Under the pieces are notes generated by a model. It did not search any database. It saw only the letters and a program-made list of their open reading frames with translations, and had not been told where the DNA came from. The translations under genes were made by a program, and so were the position numbers. From NCBI GenBank assembly GCA_965637545.1, contig OZ281497.1:12648001-12712000 (forward strand): DNA of 64,000 bases. Direction: 5' to 3'. Below are positions 60,301 to 64,000 of the stretch, piece by piece; the stretch's first letter is position 1; each line of letters starts with the position of its first letter. This DNA is from Phallusia mammillata. Taxonomy: Eukaryota.

Positions 60301-63300
60301 GACCAAAAATCAGCACTACTATGTCTGCTACTTATTCATCAACCAATCATAACACAAAAAAGCACAAATTAATTATTTGATAGCACCAATGTAAATCATC
60401 TTTAAACAATGAAGTTATGTGATCTGCATTAAAAATGATTTAATACCAAAACAAATTATCGTACAGTTTAAATGCTGGTGTAAAATGTACAAAATATTCA
60501 TCGCTTAATTAAAATAATGTGTACTAACTAATCGACTGTGCAGAAAAATCAAAACCCTACAAAAGTCAAACCTGCACAAAGGAAGCACGCAGGTCATAAG
60601 GAAGTTGTGTGTCTGCCATACATTTGAGAATTATTGGAATAGTAAGTTCCCCTGAAATTGGATTGATGGCTAAATATTGTCGGTCCAGGCACATTTTGCT
60701 GAACAAATCCAGTTGATGCCTAGACACAAAAATGATCACAATATCAACACAAACATTGCTGTATTGATTCAATAAACAACTTACCGATAATATTTCAACC
60801 ATCTTCTATCTTCTGTTTCCTTGGAAGAAGCCAAATCTCTAATTCCTCTCTCCACCACTTTTCCATCACCATACTTTAAAACAACTGTCTCCCCCTCATC
60901 AACATCAACAACCAGTCTGCACAAACCAGTTGGAAATGAAACTACAAGTTCCAAAGGTAACATGAAGCAGACACATGTTGCTTACATTGTTTCGATGAGA
61001 ATGTCTTTGTTTTTGTCAGCAAGAATATTTCTACAAATTAGTTCCTGGGTTTTCGGAATTGCTTGCTTGTTTGTGACACACAGATCAGCCAGATAATCTA
61101 GAAACCTAAAAACAGACTTTAAAATAGTTTGTTTGTTTTTATTTTAAGATTTTCTTATATATATTTGTAACACATCAACTAGAAAAGTGGCTTTCTGATA
61201 TACTTCCATTTATATATTCTATACGATATTTACCAATTTACTATACTATACACAATTTCATCTACATATATGATTGTTTTTGCAAGCAAAAACGAATGGG
61301 TCCCCACACGCGTGTTTATGCAGATTTACGGTAAACAAATGTTGCGGTTATTTTTAGATTCTCAAGGACAAATTTTTCACAAAGCATTAACTTAACTTTA
61401 CAAAGCATTTAGTTTTTGTCCGTATTTTTTTTTGCATCACAACACACATTTTCCTAGAAAGCCTTAACTGTTATATTAGACATTATATATAATAAAAAAA
61501 AAAAAATTTATAAAAAAATTATAAAAAAAGTCGTTTGCTACAAAGGTATGCATAACAACTTGTTTTTCACTTAACTTTGTTTCGCAAAAACGACCGTTTA
61601 ATAACCTTTTGACACTGTTTTTTAACCTTAGTGTTCAACAACACCGTTTAGCCTAATTTATACATGACTTAAGTACTGATTCTTGAATTGATTTGTCAAA
61701 AATAAAGAAGATACGTTATGACCAAAAATTCTTAACTGTGCTGTAATGCCTACAAGTTCATGTTTAGTGACCCGTTGTTATGCAACGGCCAAGCTGACAA
61801 TGAGAATTTAAAGACCATTTATCGCGGCGTTAGAAAGAGTTAAGTTTATTTTTTCATATTTATGTTGATCAACGACGTTTTGCCTGACATAAACGAAACC
61901 GATGTACGTTTATCGAGTTTAAATTACGTCTTAGGTGTAAAACCTTCGCCAAAACAGAAAATGCACATGATAAGTCCATAAAACGACATAGCATTGCTGC
62001 ACAAAAAAACAGCTGATTTCTAATCACCCAAATGACTGTCTCGTAAAACGTCTGTCCGGACGTCAAGCTGAGCACTCCCGCTCTGCCGCCTTAATCGTGA
62101 ACCAGTGAATTCCTCCCTTGGGACTTATATCTGACTGATAGCGTACACATATTATGGGTAGTAAAGGTAGCTGGAAAAATTTTCAATACTAAACGAATAC
62201 TCTGCTTAAACAATTGTTAAATTTTTTAAATATTTCTGCACCATAGGGCTTGTATTTCTGGCCTAAAACTAAAACCGATTATTTCAGGGTTTAAAGGGTG
62301 AAAAATGGGTAAATCCGTAAAAAAGATACAAAATTCTTTAAAAAAACCCTACATTGCACCAAACAACAAAGCATAAAACTCCAAGATGCTGTTCTTTAGT
62401 CAGACAACCGTTTTAAAAAAGTTACGTTTTTGGGGCCCGTGGGTGAACCGCTGGGTCAATTGGGGTCACACTTCAGGAGGATCAAATTTGGATTATTAAC
62501 TAACATCTCTGTAAATTTGAATAAATTTAAAGCACTCTTTCTTGACCAAATGCGTCTCACAAACCAGCGTTAGACAGAAAAAAAAATACGGACAAAAACA
62601 ATACGTGTCCCCTTTAGGGAAGGGGACCCATAATTAACAGGGCACAGGTGAACAACCTTTGGACAGCTTGAAAAGAATTTCTATTGAAGGCATAAACAAA
62701 CCTAGGTTCTCGATTTTTTCTCACAAGAGCCACAAAAGTTTCTATTTCTGTGCCAGTGATATGTTGTTCCAGTAGCTTCCTATTGTTGTGCAATAGTGCA
62801 GTGATTGTGTCTTCAGCCAAAATGTCATGGCCAATTTGCTGTTGCATTAATCCGAATGACTTTGCAATATATTCCTAGAATGATGCATCAAAAACTGGTT
62901 TAAAATATGCTTTTCACAAAAAAACCTTTGTTTTTTGATACCTGGTTCTTTCTGTAATCCTGTGTGGAGTGTCTTAAAAGTCTGTAGCACAATTTTAACA
63001 TGTGTTGGAAGTGAACATTTTTCTTATCGCGCAATTTCTCCAAATGAAGAAGAGCTCCATCACCAAAATCCTTAAATGGTGTCTAAAAATGTAGACACTT
63101 GTGTTGGCTTGGAGTTATGTACAAAAAAGCAAATATTTAAACAATATCATTTTAACATTTGGACAAGCCCTTGACTTTTAGATGTTTATCAGGTGCTAAT
63201 TTCATAAACTTTCCAACATGTTATTTATGTCACTGACAAATATATCTCAGCTTATGATTTATTGGCTCGATGCTTTTACATAAATATATCTCAGATCAAC

Positions 63301-64000
63301 AAATTGTGGATCACCTGAAGAATTTTAAAAACTTGCTTCAAAATGTTTTGTTCTCGAAGCAACTTTTGCCGTTCTCTGTCAGGATCAGTGATCATGACAT
63401 CAAGTGCATCCATTGCACCACGCGGTTGCCGAGCAACAAAGAATATTAGATCTTCCAGTAATTTGATGACAAACCTGTGAAAAACCTTTTAGTTTTTTGT
63501 CGATTTGCTTAAAGTAATTGAAACAAATACTAACCTTCGTTCATTGACATTAAACTTTTTAACTTCCATGTTTTTTGAGCAATCACCCAAAACCTTACTG
63601 GCATCATTTGCAAAATCCAAGTCCCTGACTTCTTCTACATTTACGTTGACAATTGCAAATGCTTCCTTGTCTTCTTTGTATTTGCAAGTTCCAATCTTAA
63701 TTAATGTGAAAAAAACATCAAAAATCATGATGTAACATTATTATGGTTATTGCCTGATATCTTTTTAGTAACCTCCAGTGATTATTTGGAAAAGTTCAAT
63801 TTTCAAATTGATTATACATAAGCTTAAGTGTAAAAATTCAACAAAAACATAGTTACACACTTGTTTGTAATTTGTTGGATTTTTTATGTTTTGTATCACC
63901 TAAATAGGCAACTAAGCAACAAAAATAAACCTTTAGCATAACAGGTCGATCTTCCTCCTTGTCAATAGGAATAGCTGTTGAGTGAACCCAAGTATCAGTG
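36356..64000 (-). CDS. ITPR1: Inositol 1,4,5-trisphosphate receptor (IP3R; similar to vertebrate ITPR1/2/3), 5' part lies beyond the window
   Basis: About 50 phase-consistent exons (minus): >64000-63931, 63695-63535, 63474-63315, 63082-62942, 62874-62702, 61105-60986, 60916-60785, 60719-60572, 60143-60040, 59955-59820, 59584-59434, 59052-58853, 58780-58648, 58398-58169, 57167-56964, 54944-54846, 54776-54660, 52873-52733, 52646-52547, 52478-52348, 51976-51802, 51561-51485, 51404-51249, 50399-50274, 50137-50017, 49469-49318, 46966-46788, 46479-46392, 46083-46048, 45346-45299, 45231-45125, 44996-44825, 44765-44648, 44588-44506, 44338-44212, 43970-43858, 43592-43392, 43153-43043, 42977-42852, 42440-42186, 41613-41421, 41268-41143, 41074-40911, 40780-40616, 40400-40282, 39355-39192, 38718-38495, 37894-37726, 37554-37394, 37127-36981, 36448-36356. 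Motifs: IP3-binding RERQKLLRE and [30 protein letters not shown], pore GGGIGD, TM6 [14 protein letters not shown], zinc finger CFICG...HVKEEHNMW. Confidence 0.97.
38029..38431. mobile_element. hAT MITE, 403 bp, in an ITPR intron
   Basis: TIRs TAGGGATGTGCC / GGCGCATCCCTA (1 mismatch) and 8-bp TSD GAAGTTAC / GAAGTTAT. Arrays of CCGAGCA/TGCTCGG subterminal repeats occur at both ends. Confidence 0.85.
50514..51062. mobile_element. hAT MITE, 549 bp, in an ITPR intron
   Basis: TIRs CGGGGGCGTGCAAC / GTTGCCCGCCCCTG and perfect 8-bp TSD AACTAATA (50506-50513 and 51063-51070). GGCCCGC-type subterminal motifs; CpG-rich within CpG-poor flanks. Confidence 0.88.
53201..54547 (+). mobile_element. Dispersed ~1.35-kb repeat, copy 1 (Helentron/HINE-like non-autonomous element, 5' end eroded)
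   Basis: Colinear with 61282-62634 throughout (shared GACCGTTTAAT, CTAGTGTTCAACAA, GACCAAAAAT, ACCAGTGAATT, GTACACATATTATGGG, GGGTGAACCGCTGGGTCA, AAGCACTCTTTCTTG). Ends with ACAATATGTGTCTCCTTCAGGGAAGGGGACCCATAAT. Confidence 0.75.
55084..55807. mobile_element. Degenerate hAT MITE related to the 50514 element
   Basis: 5' end CAGGAGTCTCCAATGTGCGGCCTGCGGGCC...GTGGCCCGCAG and 3' end TGTGGCCCGC...TTGGCCC...AAAAGTTTGCTCAC mirror the 50514 architecture. No clean TSD. A further TIR fragment GTTTGGAGACCCCTG ends at 55912. Confidence 0.5.
61282..62634 (+). mobile_element. Dispersed ~1.35-kb repeat, copy 2 (Helentron/HINE-like non-autonomous element)
   Basis: Subterminal inverted repeat ATGGGTCCCC (61296-61305) / GGGGACCCAT (62622-62631). 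Inner 20-bp IR at 61413-61432 / 62579-62598. 3' hairpin GTCCCCT-TTAGGGA-AGGGGAC followed by CCATAAT. No TSD seen. Confidence 0.78.

Overview
Eukaryotic, AT-rich, intron-dense genomic DNA. It is most likely an ascidian (tunicate); this is inferred from short GT-AG introns, chordate-like proteins, mosaic CpG depletion and the 7TM family present, and no search was run. There are no prokaryotic features, CRISPR arrays or recognisable RNA genes. In order: (1) ZNF277 (+, 11 exons traced, ~586-22255) has a 19-kb intron (2578-21595) hosting an antisense RING-Bbox1-Bbox2-coiled-coil-6xNHL TRIM gene (CDS 3632-9525, probable first exon at 14431-14486). (2) Four intronless orphan 7TM receptor-like genes (23523-35043) share a W-x-R-Q...Y / YP / SF-x-D-W-R signature, and an intronless METTL4 sits among them. 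(3) The 3' ~27.6 kb of an IP3 receptor gene (minus strand, about 50 exons, 36356 to beyond 64000) includes a micro-exon matching the vertebrate SII splice segment and two further candidate cassette exons. (4) Three hAT MITEs have clean or near-perfect 8-bp TSDs, and there are two copies of a ~1.35-kb Helentron/HINE-like element. The most novel-looking items are the orphan 7TM cluster (candidate chemosensory receptors), the nested TRIM-NHL gene with candidate micro-exons in its host intron, and the ITPR alternative-exon region. Comparisons with human proteins are from my recollection of these families, not database results. Exon coordinates were derived by hand.
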